Source: Octopus vulgaris
Taxonomy: Eukaryota
Length of the DNA stretch: 64,000 nt
Assembly (NCBI GenBank): GCA_951406725.2
Contig: OX597821.1
Span: forward strand, 98,890,001 to 98,954,000
Reading direction: 5' to 3'
This document shows positions 25,906 through 41,041 of this stretch, piece after piece. The notes beneath the pieces are model-generated. The model was not told where the DNA came from. It saw only the letters and a list, made by a program, of their open reading frames with translations, and did no database searches. Position numbers and translations under genes: made by a program. How positions within the stretch are numbered: position 1 is the first letter of the stretch; each line of letters begins with the position of its first letter.

Positions 25906-27330
25906 TCTTAGACTGTTTCTAAGGATGGGCTTACGGGTTACGATAGATACTAACATGAAAAGTGTAGAAATTTTAGATGTAAATTTGGATTTAAGGTCGG
26001 ATAAGTTTAAACCTTACCGTAAGCCTAATGACAAGCTATCGCAAAGAATCAAATCATCCGCTAGTTATTCTTAGGAACTTAGTCAGCAATGTAGGTAGAT
26101 GAATATCGTCAATTTCTTCGGATGAGACAGCATTCCATAATGCTGCACCTTATTATGATAGTGCATTAAGGAATAGTGGATTCTCTGAGAAGATTCAGTA
26201 TAACCAACTTAATGCTAGTAGTAATGCTACACGTAGAACTAGGACCAGGAAAGTTTTGTGATTCAACCCAGCTTTCAATTTGGCCGTAAAAACAAACATA
26301 GGTAGGGAATTCTTGAAATTAGTCTCTAGGCATTTTAAACAGGATCACAAATTTTATAGAATATTTAATAGAAGAACCCTTAAGATCAGCAATTCTTGTT
26401 GTAGGAATTTCGCCTCTTATGTCAACCAGCACAACAGGAAATTAAGTGATAATAAGCATAGTGCCGATCCTTTTAAAAAATGTAGTTGTAAAGATGGATC
26501 CTCCTGTCCGTTGGAAGGGAAATGTTTGGAAAAAGAGGTCGTATATAGATCCAAGGTGCAAATAGAAGGCTCACCTGAATAAAAGACTTATACAGGGGCT
26601 TCTGAAAATTCTTTTAAAACCCGATTTTATTCGCACAAAAATTCCTTCCGATACCCAGAAAAATAAGACGAAGACCAGCCTGGCGAAATATGTCTGGGAA
26701 CTAAAAGAAAAAGAAACGCGACCTTTCAACGTGTTATGGAGCATTCTAGATAGAGCGGCACCATACAGGCACGGGGCACATAGGAAGAATTTCAAATGCG
26801 ATGTTTGTTTGTTAGAAAAATATTTCATATTATTCCAAGACATTAATTCTTTGAATCAAAGAAGCGAACTTTTGAACGCATGCAGGCACGCAACCAAATT
26901 CAAAATGTCGAACATCAATGTCCCATATGGATAGCGTATATTTTGTTCTTTTGATTTTTTGATTCTTGGACTAGTTTTTGATCACACTGTTGGATTTGTT
27001 TCGCATTATGCAGGATCTATCCCGCATCGCAAAGTTTTGTATATATTTTGTATATATTTCGATATATTTCTTAAGAAAAAAACTTCGACTTGGTTTATTT
27101 CATTTCATTATATTGTATAAACTCACTTTGGTAATTTAATTTATAGATAATCCAATATAGAGTGTTATTTGAAAGGACCAATCAAACAAATCCATTTTTA
27201 AAGGTGTGTCGTTTATACTAGTCTTGATAGAAATGTCATCTGGGTTCTATTTTAACAAAGCTGTCCGACGAACGGGAACGTGAAACTCCGAGTAACAGCT
27301 TTTGTTGAATTTCTGGTGCTTTTAAATAAA

Positions 27331-27335
<5 letters not shown>
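25905..27335 (+). pseudogene. Penelope-like element RT C-terminus + GIY-YIG endonuclease + 3' pLTR
   Basis: ILDVNLDL..YRKPND, FNP, KTNIG, CSC..CPLEGKCL..VVY...YTG (GIY-YIG-like), CDVCLLEK..LN..CRH; hammerhead in downstream repeat. Confidence 0.88.
27257..27302 (+). ncRNA. Minimal hammerhead-like motif, U4C core (family H1)
   Basis: AAAGCTGT-CCGACGA-ACG-GGAA-CGT-GAAA-CTCCGAG-TA-ACAGCTTT. Confidence 0.72.
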
Positions 27336-27410
<75 letters not shown>

Positions 27411-27417
27411 GTATATC

Positions 27418-27448
<31 letters not shown>

Positions 27449-27468
27449 GTATGCTGCTTTTAAATAAA

Positions 27469-27511
<43 letters not shown>

Positions 27512-27597
27512 ATCCAAACAAGAAAGCACAAGAAAACATAACAACGCGAGGACGTGGAACAAATATAGTATTATTGGACGCTCAGGAAAGAAGGAGG

Positions 27598-27632
27598 GTT
27601 TAACGTTTCGAGCGGAGCTCTTCGTTGGAAAC
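27598..27632 (-). ncRNA. Minimal hammerhead-like motif, family H2, G5A (likely inactive)
   Basis: Reverse complement GTTT-CCAACGA-A-GAGC-TCC-GCTC-GAAA-CG-TT-AAAC. Confidence 0.55.
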
Positions 27633-27693
27633 ATAGGAGAAGGAAAGATCCAGAGAAAGGAAGACAGAGGAAAAAAATCGCCAACGGTACACA

Positions 27694-27742
<49 letters not shown>

Positions 27743-28036
27743 TATATACCTTCAAAACACGCAATCGGCCCTTACCTTCGAAACACGCAATAAGTCGAAA
27801 CAGGGGCAGCTGAAGAAGGGGAATGTTCCTTGTGTTGTACGTCTTGTACTCTGTTTTTTCGTTATAAAAAAAAAGTCCGCTTCCTTGTTTTGTTTTTATG
27901 TCTTCGTTTCTCGTTGTGTTCTACGTTTTTTTTTTGTGTGGTGTCCTGTACGCATATATTGCATGTATATATACATATAGATGTAGGTATGTACATATAT
28001 GTATGTATGCATATGTTTTATTTATTAAATTGTTAT

Positions 28037-28084
<48 letters not shown>

Positions 28085-28129
28085 CGGAAGGTTTGTATGT
28101 TCGCCGCAAAAATATATGTATAAAAAATA

Positions 28130-28530
28130 TCTAAAATGGGACAAGAACGCAAAACATTCAAATAGACGATACGAAAACGGACGGGTCATTCGAAGCCTCT
28201 AATCTTCAGTCAAGAACCAGATCATCCTCGCAATTTCGGCTGATTAATCTTGAGATTGCTCCAATCTATTTCAACAAAACTGTCCGACGAACGGGAACGT
28301 GAAACTCCGAGGAACAGCTTTTGTTGAATTTCTGCTGCTTTTAAATAAAGTATATATATATATATATATATACCTTCGAAACACGCAATCTGCCCTTACC
28401 TTCGAAACACGCAATAAGTCGAAACAGGGGCAGCTGAAGAAGGGGAATGTTCCTTGTGTTATACGTCTTGTACTCACACGCCAGCTAATTTGAATAGTCT
28501 AAAGTCGAAAGACGCCCGTTGTCTTTGTCC

Positions 28531-28603
<73 letters not shown>

Positions 28604-28905
28604 GTTTTTTTGTTTTTTGTATTTATATTCGTATTACTTTTTGTTTTTTGTATTTATTTTCGTGTGACATCGTCCTTTTTTTCTGTCCTTGTTTCGTATA
28701 CATTCGATCCTCTTTCCAAGAAATCTAATGCTCGTAGCTTAGTTTTTCCTTGGGGCTGGCCAGATCGGAGCAATCTCAAGATTAATCAGCCGAAATTGCG
28801 AGGATGATCCGGTTCTTGACTGAAGATTAGAGGCTTCGAATGACCCGTCCGTTTTCGTATCGTCTATTTGAATGTTTTGCGTTCTTGTCCCATTTTATAT
28901 ATTTT
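28130..28905. repeat. Inverted pair of a (TA)n-associated repeat (also at 30925-31215 and 52965-53118)
   Basis: 28130-28267 is the reverse complement of about 28762-28897. Confidence 0.8.
28276..28321 (+). ncRNA. Family H1 hammerhead copy with U16.1G (likely inactive)
   Basis: CTGT-CCGACGA-ACGGGAACGT-GAAA-CTCCGAG-GA-ACAG. Confidence 0.55.
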
Positions 28906-28907
28906 TT

Positions 28908-28953
<46 letters not shown>

Positions 28954-28960
28954 ATATATA

Positions 28961-29261
28961 CAGTGGCGGACAGGGTCCAAAAATATTGGTTGCCAGGTGA
29001 ATAAGGAGAACCCACCTGCAACTACAATGCTATCATTTAATTTCTTTATTTTTTGTAAATTTACTCTTTTCAACTGTCTACAAACACAGCCAAGCTGCAA
29101 TAATTAATGCATTCTTCCAGGAGTGAATAAAAAAATTCTCAAACTTGATCGGATGGGCCCCTTATCTACTAACATGGGCGCCCCCTATATGGATTCTAAT
29201 GGTGCAGAGGTCCACTTGCCATCGGGTCGGGCAAGCTGGCAACGTGGCCAGTCGGTCACTC
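28961..29261. mobile_element. Possible hAT-like MITE in (TA)n
   Basis: Imperfect TIRs CAGTGGCGGAC / GTCGGTCACT. Confidence 0.4.
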
Positions 29262-29377
<116 letters not shown>

Positions 29378-29397
29378 GATGTATATATGTGTTTACA

Positions 29398-29498
<101 letters not shown>

Positions 29499-29533
29499 AT
29501 ATGTATATATATAGATGTATATATGTGTTTACA

Positions 29534-29574
<41 letters not shown>

Positions 29575-30792
29575 GCATATACACACACACACACACACAC
29601 GAGTACATGTCCGGCAATTACGAGAAGCATAAAGAAAACTTAAAGAAGAATTTATAAGCAGAGTCGTTGAAAATAAACAATTCACTGGCTTTTTGTGAAA
29701 ATCTCCATAGATCGGTCAACACGTTACATAAAGGCAATATCTGATAATATTAATAAAAAATAATGCAAAATCTTTTAAGGCTTTAGTGTAAATATGTACA
29801 ATCTCTGTCTGTTTGTTTGTTGTTGTTTTTTTGTTACTATTGTTGTATTTATTCAGTATTTTGAAACCGAAGTCGAACAATTTTCTTGTCATCTTTATTT
29901 TCCAGATATCGACAGTGAAAGCTTCTTCTACTTTGAACTACGAAACGGGTGGGACAAAGAAAGAGAAAGAAAGTAAATAAATAAATAAATGAAAAGAAAG
30001 TGTGAAGTGGTCGGGTGAAAGAAAGCGAGGGCAAAGGATGGGAAAGGAAGAAGTATCATACAAAAGACTGAACGTACAGTCTGCGCTCATAAACCATCAT
30101 TATTTTCATACCGTATAAGGGGGGCCGTAAAGATATACAAGTTATTTAAGAGGTATTAATAAACTAGATATAATAGCCTCATTATGTTAATAGGAGTAAA
30201 GTGTAGTAGATGGCAATGTATAGAGCTTTTGTCAGTCACTGCAGGCTAGTGGGCCAAACAGCATTGACAGCATATTTAAGTCCCGCCCCTTATTGTACGA
30301 TACACAAAAAAAAAATTGTTGTCCAATGGAACCATAATAAATAGTACAGTTAGAAAGGGAGCGCTATCCAGCTCCAGGCTGTCCTTGTTTGTTTGCCCAA
30401 GAGTAGCTGCTTCCACGCTTGATATCATCTCTTCATCTTACCGACCAGAACATGATGTTTTTAGTCAGTTCTTGATTGGCCACATTTTCTCTATATTTCT
30501 CCGTTCCTTTCTTTTGTCCCCCATTGACAACATATTTGGTCGGTATTAGGTTATCATGATGGGGGAACTTTTAATAAATTAAATTATCCGATTAATACAT
30601 ATCAAAGAGACAAATCCAACGCAGCATTAAACGACATTACTGAATTTCCAAAAGAAGGCAGATGTACTTTGGGTTAACGTTAGATAAAAATGATGATAGT
30701 ACATTAGGTATGACAGTGTAAATGTATGGACGATGTGTGTGTGTATGTACATACGCACCTCTTTCTAGTCTAGACAGATGTGTTGTGCTTCT

Positions 30793-30930
<138 letters not shown>

Positions 30931-31223
30931 TTTTGTATTTTATATTCGTGTGGCATCGTCCGTTTTTCTGTCCCTACATCGTATACATTCGATCCTTCTT
31001 CCAAGAAATCTAATGCTCGTAGCTTAGTTTTTCTAATGCTCGTAGCTTAGTTTTTCCTTGGGGCTGGTCGAATCGGAGCGATCTCAAGATTAATCAGCCG
31101 AAATTGCTACGATGATCCGGTTCTTGACTGAAGATTGAAGGCTTCGAATGTCCCGTCCGTGTTTTTTGTATCGTCTTCTAAGTGTTTTGCGTTCTTGTCC
31201 CAGTTTGTATTTTTCTACATATG

Positions 31224-31319
<96 letters not shown>

Positions 31320-31789
31320 TAAGGTTGAACATGTGAGCATGCTTGGAGAGTTGAGATCGATATACTGTGAGAGAAAGTCTGGCCTTGGAATTAGCTTCTC
31401 TACCTCAGAATACTCAATAACAAAAACAGAATATTTCCCAAATTGGCCTTTACAATTATATATATATAATATATATAAAATCACACATTTTGCAGCATCA
31501 ATTTTTAAACCCTGCTTAAAAATGAAAAGCAACAGAATAGTTCCACAAAAGAAAGTTAAGTTGACTTCTTCTCCAGCTTGGAGATTTTCTCTTAAACTCT
31601 GCCAAGCAAATAACTATGTATTTTTTAACATTAATTTTCTTTCTGTATTCACAATATTAATATTTGAAGGAAAAAATTCCAAATCTCTTGCCAAAGAAGA
31701 AACTTATTTGGCTGCCACAGTATTTAAGGTGTTATTTATGCTAACACAATTTTCTCTCCTGTTCCATTGTTTTATTACATAACCTATTG

Positions 31790-31830
<41 letters not shown>

Positions 31831-32101
31831 CATATACATATATATAAATTAAATATAGAGATATTCTGCTGACAATTCAATAATATATTTATATTACAAT
31901 ATTACATTAAATACTATGAATGTAATAACATAACGTAACATAATATTACTTAATATAAATAATCATAAAAACCATAAAATTCCAGCAAATTGTTTCGACT
32001 TAAATATTATTTCCTGATATACATAATCACTGTTCCATTATACATATAGTCACTTTTCCTCAGTTTGTTACTTTATGTGTGTGTGTGTGTGTGTGTTAGT
32101 G

Positions 32102-32163
<62 letters not shown>

Positions 32164-32877
32164 CGTGCGTGCGTGTGTGTCTGTGTGTGTGTCTGCTCAC
32201 AAACTCATGCAGAATTATCATTTATTCCAACATTTCTTTCCCAAAACAATGTTCATACACGTTTTTCTGTGATTATTTTTATATCTACTATTTATTTACA
32301 ATCAGCCATGCGTAAAACTCATCTTTTTCAGTTCGTTCAAAGGTTTCAACATTCAAAACTTGTTTCCATGAGTTGTCAAGTAAATGTCATGCATAAAGAC
32401 TAGAGTACAATTTTCTCTTTTTAATACACAGGACGGTCACAACTTGAGAAACATATTTTAAACAGCGGAGTTTATATTGCATCATCAATATAAATGCAAG
32501 GCAATTGTGAATTGCAACAGGGATGTTAAGTAGATTTGAATCACCTTCAACTACCAGCAATCGTTTCTGTCAGCAGATATATTGACTATGTAGTGCACAC
32601 TATTGGAGATATAACCATGAGATACGCATAAAACATAACATTCAAATTTTGGCACAAGGCCAGCGATGCTTAGCGCAAGGGCATATCTATTACATCGACC
32701 CCTAAGCATTTTTTCCGACGTTCTAACGATTCTGCCAGCTCGCCGCCTTATACTTTTTGTCTTTTAGATCATACATTTTGATATGCCGATAATATATTTT
32801 TTATGGTTTGTTTTTGAATGAAAGGTCTATGCTCATAGAATTCATAGGCCCTCATAGGCAGATCAATGCAGTTCATA

Positions 32878-33110
32878 AGTTAAGTTAAGTTAATTTTTTG
32901 GCTCAAAAAGCAAAAAGCAAGGCCATGTAGGGGGACATGGAGTTATGTACAGGGGTGTTCATGCAAAGAGTTCAGGCCATTTCTGGTCAAGAGAGACTTT
33001 GAACCGAGCGGTCGTCGGCATCTTCACTATCTCGTCCGGCAGCTTATTCCACGGATCCGCAACCCGGACGGAGAAAACCCCTCTCCTTCGATTGAGATGA
33101 AATCGTCGCA
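32878..33110 (-). mobile_element. CR1-type LINE 3' end with (TTAAC)n tail
   Basis: FSVRVADPWNKLPDEIVKMPTTARFK..LD; short-repeat tail. Confidence 0.75.
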
Positions 33111-33544
33111 GATAGAGCTTTTCGGAGTGACCTCGCAGCCGACGCTCTGGAGCAGGAGTGAAGAACAGCTCTTAAGCTTACAAGCGTAGAAAAAAAAAAA
33201 AACGCAGGAAAACGAACAAATGTGGATTTGGAGAGAATTCCATGGAGTGAGATTCTGGGGACACAAGACTGGGTTAATGGTTAGTGCGAGTCCCAGGGGA
33301 AAAACTATGGGTGAGGAGTGGAGGAGAGATATGTAGGTAGGTGTGCTTGAGTGGTAAGATGAGACTAGATTGCAACAGCACTGACTGAGGCGAGGTGGAA
33401 GCTGATCTCTCGGACTTGGGAGTGACTTCATGCCAATCAGCTGGATATGAATTATTGAAATGAAGTCCTTTCTATTTACATTTCTAACATCCATACAAGA
33501 AGATATTTTTCAGAGGAGAGGCATAATAATGATAATAATAATCT

Positions 33545-33912
33545 AATTTCTTTACTACCCACAAGGGGCTAAACACAGAGAGGACAGACAGATGGATTAA
33601 GTCGATTACATCGACCCCAGTGCGTAACTTGGTCCTTAATTTATCGACTCCGGAAGGATGAAAGGTAAAGTCAACCTCGGCGGAATTTGAACTCAGAACG
33701 CAGCGGCGGACGAAATACCACAAAGCGTTTCGCTCGGCGTGCTAACGTTTCTGCCAGCTCGCTGCCTTAATAATATTAATCCTTTCTGCTATAGACAATA
33801 ATAATATAATAATATAGATAATAATAATCCTTTCTGCTATAGACACAGGCCAGAAATTGTAGGGAGAAATTGTAGGGAAAGGACGACAAAGTCGACCGCA
33901 GCGGAATTTGAA
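33545..33912 (-). mobile_element. SINE family B, full copy plus fragment
   Basis: Matches 811-1045. Confidence 0.88.
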
Positions 33913-34060
33913 CAGTGTGAGAAAGGTGATTAATAAATTCAAAGGGACAGGCAGTTGTCTTGGACAAACCCCATTCCGGACAGCCAACTGTAACGGATGA
34001 AACAAGAGAAGCTGTCATGACTAAGATTAAAAAAAACATTTTTTTCCCCTAGAATACGTA

Positions 34061-34450
34061 TACTCTTTTACTTGTTTCAGTCATTTGACTATGGCCATAC
34101 TGGAGCACCACCTTTTAGTCGAGACAATCGACCCCAGGACTTATTCTTTGTAAGCCTAGTACTTATTCTATCGGTCTCTTTTTTGCCGAACCGCTAAGTT
34201 ACGGGGACGTAAACACACCAGCATCGGTTGTCAAGCGATGTTGGGGGGACAAACACAGACACACAAACATATACACACACATATATATACATATATACGA
34301 CAGGCTTCTTTCAGTTTCCGTCTACCAAATCCACTCACAAGGCTTTGGTCGGCCCGAGGCTATAGTAGAAGACAGTTACCCATAGTGCCACGCAGTGGGA
34401 CTGAACCCGGAACCATGTGGTTCGTAAGCAAGCTACTTATCACACAGCCA
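34061..34450 (-). mobile_element. SINE family A
   Basis: High identity to other copies. Confidence 0.92.
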
Positions 34451-34574
34451 GTCCTACCAGACTTTCCAGTTAATCTGTATATTTGTGTGTATGTGTATGT
34501 AAATATGGAGGAAATGCCGATAAGCATATTGTCCGGTATGCTAACGATTCTGCCATTACAGTCACTCAATAATA

Positions 34575-36066
<1,492 letters not shown>

Positions 36067-37110
36067 ATTTCTTTATTAACCACCGAAGGTTCATATAAAA
36101 GGTTGGAAACGATACAGGATAATACAATACAAATAGAGTGGGATTGAAACGTGCAAATAAAGAATAACAATGAAAATTCTAACAATTAAAGTCCCCAAAA
36201 GAGGGACACTCGACCATCCTGGTCTATAAGACAAGTGCCATCTCCTCTTCATCTACTTTCGATCAAGAGGCGCATATTTAGAGTTGGCCCGCTCACTCGG
36301 GCCATTCGCTCAACACTCACCCGCCTTTTAACAAAATTGCTGGGAGGCAGTACTTTTCTTTTTCAAATGAAACTTAAAATAGTTGATGTCTTGACTGAAG
36401 GAGAATGTATCTGTCTTCAGCTTTTTCAACCTGGTCCACCACACAACCTCTTTCACTAAGGCTATAAAACAAAGAAACACTGCCTGTCCTTCCCGCCTAA
36501 AGGAAGGCGGTAGGGATATCTTCATGATGTACTCAACCGATAGCCGGATCCGTCCTACACGCAACAGTAGGCGTTCGACAGAAGCCCACGTGTCAAGAAA
36601 ATCCTCTAGGACGAAAACCACTGAAGAAATCTGACTGTTCTGCTTTTGGCGGAGCATAAATAGCCACGAGCCTGAAAGTAACTCCGTTGCTACCGTTCAC
36701 ATCCAGGACCACCAAATTACCTTCTGGGTCTAGGAAAATTGCCTTTATCTTGAGGTTGAGACCATTCTAGAACAACACCGCAATTCCATCTCCCATTTCT
36801 GGTTGATATGGAGATAAGTAAATCCCGTATCCACCGAAGATAGGCTCGGAAGCTTGTCGGTTGGAAAGTCTGCTTTCACTGATAGCCACGACATCTATAC
36901 TTAGTGTGGGTGTGTGGTGATATTTTGGTTTCTCTCTTATCCTCCTCTAATCTCATTGTTTTCAGTCTTGTACCACGTTTTTCATTTTGTAATTTTTTTC
37001 TTTTTTCTTTCACCAAGACTCATTCAGGTTCTTTTTCCAAACTGTCTTCTTCAGTATACGAGTTGTGACAGTCGGAGAAATTTGTGGCAGGCGGAAGAGT
37101 ATGTCTACAC

Positions 37111-37311
37111 CAGTGCTTTTCAAACTTTTTTCTGGAGCGGAACCCCATGGAAACATTCTACTGGCTCGAGGAACCCCTGTGCAATAATTTAATAGTCTTA
37201 TGCACACATATCTGCACAGGAGACTTAACATTTACTGCCGATTTTAGCAGTTTTTTAACTTCTTGCGGAACCCCTAGACTGTACTGGCGGAACCCTGGTT
37301 GAAAACCACTG
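37111..37311. mobile_element. hAT (Charlie-like) MITE
   Basis: TIRs CAGTGCTTTTCAA / TTGAAAACCACTG; 8-bp TSD GTCTACAC (37103-37110, 37312-37319). Confidence 0.9.
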
Positions 37312-38897
37312 GTCTACACAGTCGTCGTTGTCTGTTTCGACTGGTGTGGGTGAGACTTCTCTTGGTGGTGATGGTGCAGATAATGTTATTGCTTTTCTAG
37401 GGAATGGTATCTGTGCTTGCTGTTGATGTTGTTGAATGGATTTCTCCTGCTGCTCCTTCTGTTGATGCTATTATTGTTTTGGACGCTGTTGTTCTTGGCA
37501 CTGATGCTGTTGGTGATGTTGTTGTTGGCGATCCTGCTGTTGCTTTTGATACTGTTGTCGTTTCGCTTTCCTTTTCCAGGTAAACTTGGAAACGGTCGAT
37601 GAGGGATCTACCAAAGAGAGAAGTCTCTGATTTCATACCTTTCAGCCTTGTCAATCGGACGACCTATTTCGCAATAGGCACCAAAGGAACACTGCTTTAC
37701 CATCCTGATAAAAGTTGGGGAGGTGGGGCAATCATTACTATGGACTCGACCGACAGATGGATCCGTCCCACACGAGACAGTAGCTGTTCAACATAACTCC
37801 GCATGTCAACCTAGAACATACACTGAATGCGTGCAGAATTGTTTCGTCGCTTTGCGCGTATCTCGGGCAAGCCCGTCTGACAGCACACCCATGCCTGTAG
37901 AGTTTATCTCGAACCTGTTGTGACTGCCAGGTCAATGACTTCTGGAAGTTGTCTATGGTAGTCCTCCGGAGCAGGCGAGCCAGTTTGTTTTCATTGACGC
38001 TCAGATTGTCTCCGAGAATGTCGATACACTTCCCCGCCACTAATCCGCTATATACATCCACCGTCTCATTACCTGACTGGTTAGTGGTAATGAACGCCTG
38101 ATGACATTTAAGGTATCAGGCGCTCAGTCTCGGTATTTCCTTCACCCAAGAAACGGGCTGCGGAAAGACATGTCTCACGAACGGAGCTCACACACGTTTG
38201 CTATCTTGGAGTCGTTTCAGGCGGAGTAACTTCAGCGCCTGTCTGTGCAGCAGCACCAACGCCATGCTTTAGCCGCCACGCAGACGGTACTGACCGACTG
38301 ACAGTCTGACCGCCTGACCATTCGAATGCGTCCTTTCCACAAGAAAATAAACAACAGACGTTCTAGCTGATCATGCAGTTGCCTGAACAAGACACAACGA
38401 TCAGGCCATAAACAATAACGGAAGTGATGTAGAGATTCGCCATCTCGGCTTGACCTTATCAGGGACAGCTTTCTCTCTGTCCAATTCTGAGTAAGAATGG
38501 CCACTCTGTTCGTCACCTGGTCCCAGTGCTTGTCTACTTTGAGGTCGGGACCGAACCAGACCCAGAGCAGTTTGACTGGTCCGTCACTCCACTGACTCCA
38601 GGTGCCCAGCCGCAAACCCATCGAGTTTTTGGCGCTTATTTTAGCCCCTGCTATCAATTCGTATTCCTTTAGAATGGTACTGATCATCTCCACTTTGTAT
38701 GGGCTCGACACCATCGCGGTGCCCCTGTTCAAAAGAGATTCCCCTCAGCTTTTCCAACTTCTCCAGTGGCTGGAGAGCCAGCACTCGGAATTCTGCCAGT
38801 TACGATTGACGGCTGCCAAAACTGTAAATTCGTAGAATTCATAAGGTAGACCATCGAAACCGAGCGATTTGCGACTTCTGCAACTGCTTATCGCCAC

Positions 38898-39082
38898 TCG
38901 TCTGTCGTTATGTTCTGAGTTCAAATTTCGCCGAGGTCGACTTTGCCTTTCATCCTTTCGGGGTCGATAAATTAAGTACCAGTTACGCACTGGAGTCGAT
39001 GTAATCGACTTAATACCTATGTCTGTCTTTGTTTGTCCCCTCTATGTTTAGCCCCTTGTGGGTAATAAAGAAATAGGTATTT
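38898..39082 (+). mobile_element. SINE family B, 5'-truncated
   Basis: Plus-strand copy inside the Tx1 remnant. Confidence 0.88.
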
Positions 39083-39429
39083 CAGTGGCCCTTATTGGTT
39101 TTCCGTAAAACTTCGTGTCCGCTGCCGAGAGCCTCGGAAGGTCGTCCAGGTATGAACTAAAGTCCGCAGCCCTCCTCACTAAAAGATGAAAAAAAAAAAA
39201 AAAAGATTAATTCTTTGCTAAAGGAATTATATTTATCAGTCTAATAATTCAATGTTTCTAGCGCATTTGCATTATCAGCCCCGTTATCGATACTTTTCTG
39301 AGTTGTTTACTCTAATTGTACTTAAACCATTGTATATGTAGTGGTTTTAGACTCCAGTTTATCGACGTACATTATCAAATCGAAACAGAAATTAACGAGA
39401 AATTAACAAAATATAGTTGGGTATATATC

Positions 39430-39681
39430 GGCGCAGGAGTGGCTGTGTGGTAAGTAGCTTGCTTACCAACCACATATATATATATATATACATATATATA
39501 TATGCGTGTGTGTTTTTGTCCCCCTAGCATTGCTTGACAACCGATGTTGGTGTGTTTATGTCCCCGTCACTTAGCGGTTCGGCAAGTCCCGGGGTCGAGT
39601 TGCTCGAGTAAAGGCGGTGCTCCAGCATGGCCGCAGTCAAATGACTGAAACAAGTAAAAAAGAGTAAAAAGAGTAAGAGTA
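39430..39681 (+). mobile_element. SINE family A, internally deleted
   Basis: GGCGCAGGAGTGGCTGTGTGG head; CAGTCAAATGACTGAAACAAG tail. Confidence 0.88.
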
Positions 39682-40207
39682 TATATAATAAGCATCTGTA
39701 TCGAGGAACATCAGTGAACAATGGAGAGCGGATTAGTTTTAAGATGAATTAACCGTAGCACAAGAGTACATGGATAAAATGAACTAGGTCATAAAAAGGG
39801 ACGAATTATCGAAACTAAAAGCGATTAAAAATAAGATACTTAAGATCAGTGGAAACAGAATGTTGCATACACACAATCATACACACAAATAATACACAAC
39901 CTCAATTCCTTCCTCCTTCTCTTACTCGCTCACTAAATTACTCACTCACTCACTCACTCACACATACAGCCATAGTCACTCAGAAACGACTGCATGGACA
40001 GTTGGAAGATGATAAAAAGTGCTTGAAATCAAATTAGACGGTAATCTTATGAGTTTGATGTGGACGGTGAAATGTTGCTTGTTAAGCATATCATTAATGC
40101 CTTATTGTAAAAACTCAGCAATATTATTGTGTCTGCCTAACAAGGACAATTAAGGATGAGCAGCAATTAGAGTAATAGATGCCACAACTGGACTGATATA
40201 GTCAGGT

Positions 40208-40251
<44 letters not shown>

Positions 40252-40317
40252 CGGCATCAGCATGGCCGCAGCTCTGAGCTGAAACTTTAAAAAAAAATAA
40301 TAAATACATTTTTTAAA

Positions 40318-40426
<109 letters not shown>

Positions 40427-40585
40427 TGTATGTATGTATGTATATTACGAAGATGTACTTGCATAGCAAGTGACCTGATCTAAGATCGTGTGCTGGAACG
40501 AAAACAGTTGCAGCGTGGAAGGTGTTTATAAGCCATTTAAGAAACACACAAAATCCGTGAGATTCACTTCAACATTTAAATCTGA

Positions 40586-40636
40586 TTTGTCAAAATATTT
40601 TCCTCACCTTGAGGCCGCGACCTGTTCACTGACAAA
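40586..40636 (-). ncRNA. Hammerhead-like motif with G3-C8 swapped core
   Basis: Reverse complement TTTGTCA-GTGAACA-G-GTCGC-..-GTGAG-GAAA-ATAT-TT-TGACAAA; stem II imperfect. Confidence 0.55.
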
Positions 40637-40712
40637 ATTCCGTGCTGCACGGAATTTTGGTGTAATGTTTATATTAGTCTTGATAGAATTGTCATCTCGG
40701 TTCTATTTTAAC

Positions 40713-40757
40713 AAAATTGTCCGACGAGCGGGAACGTGAAACTCGAGTAACAGCTTT
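40713..40757 (+). ncRNA. Family H1 hammerhead with perfectly palindromic stem III
   Basis: TTGT-CCGACGA-GCG-GGAA-CGT-GAAA-CTCGAG-TA-ACAG. Confidence 0.7.
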
Positions 40758-40785
40758 TGTTAAATTTCTGCTGCTTTTAAATAAA

Positions 40786-40845
<60 letters not shown>

Positions 40846-40872
40846 GTATACATGTATGTATACATACATACA

Positions 40873-40905
<33 letters not shown>

Positions 40906-41041
40906 GTATATATACTTTATTGACATACATACATACATACATACATACATACATACATACACCAGACTAAGCACGTAAATGCAAAACAAGGTGGAAAAAT
41001 AGTACTCGAATACCAGAAGTAGAGTAATAAATTAGGAACAC

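Noticed and set aside
25905-26934. In-frame TGA codons as selenocysteine, as reported for some PLEs
   Set aside because: The TGAs align to CGA (Arg) and TGG (Trp) in the sister copy at 42.5-42.7 kb, TAA stops are also present, and no SECIS was recognised. This is ordinary decay.
27770-27850. CTGAAGA motif (also at about 28433) as a hammerhead
   Set aside because: No correctly placed GAAA after stem II.
28753-28845. CTGAAGA and GAAA in the inverted-pair repeat as a type II hammerhead
   Set aside because: Stems I and II do not pair convincingly around the core.
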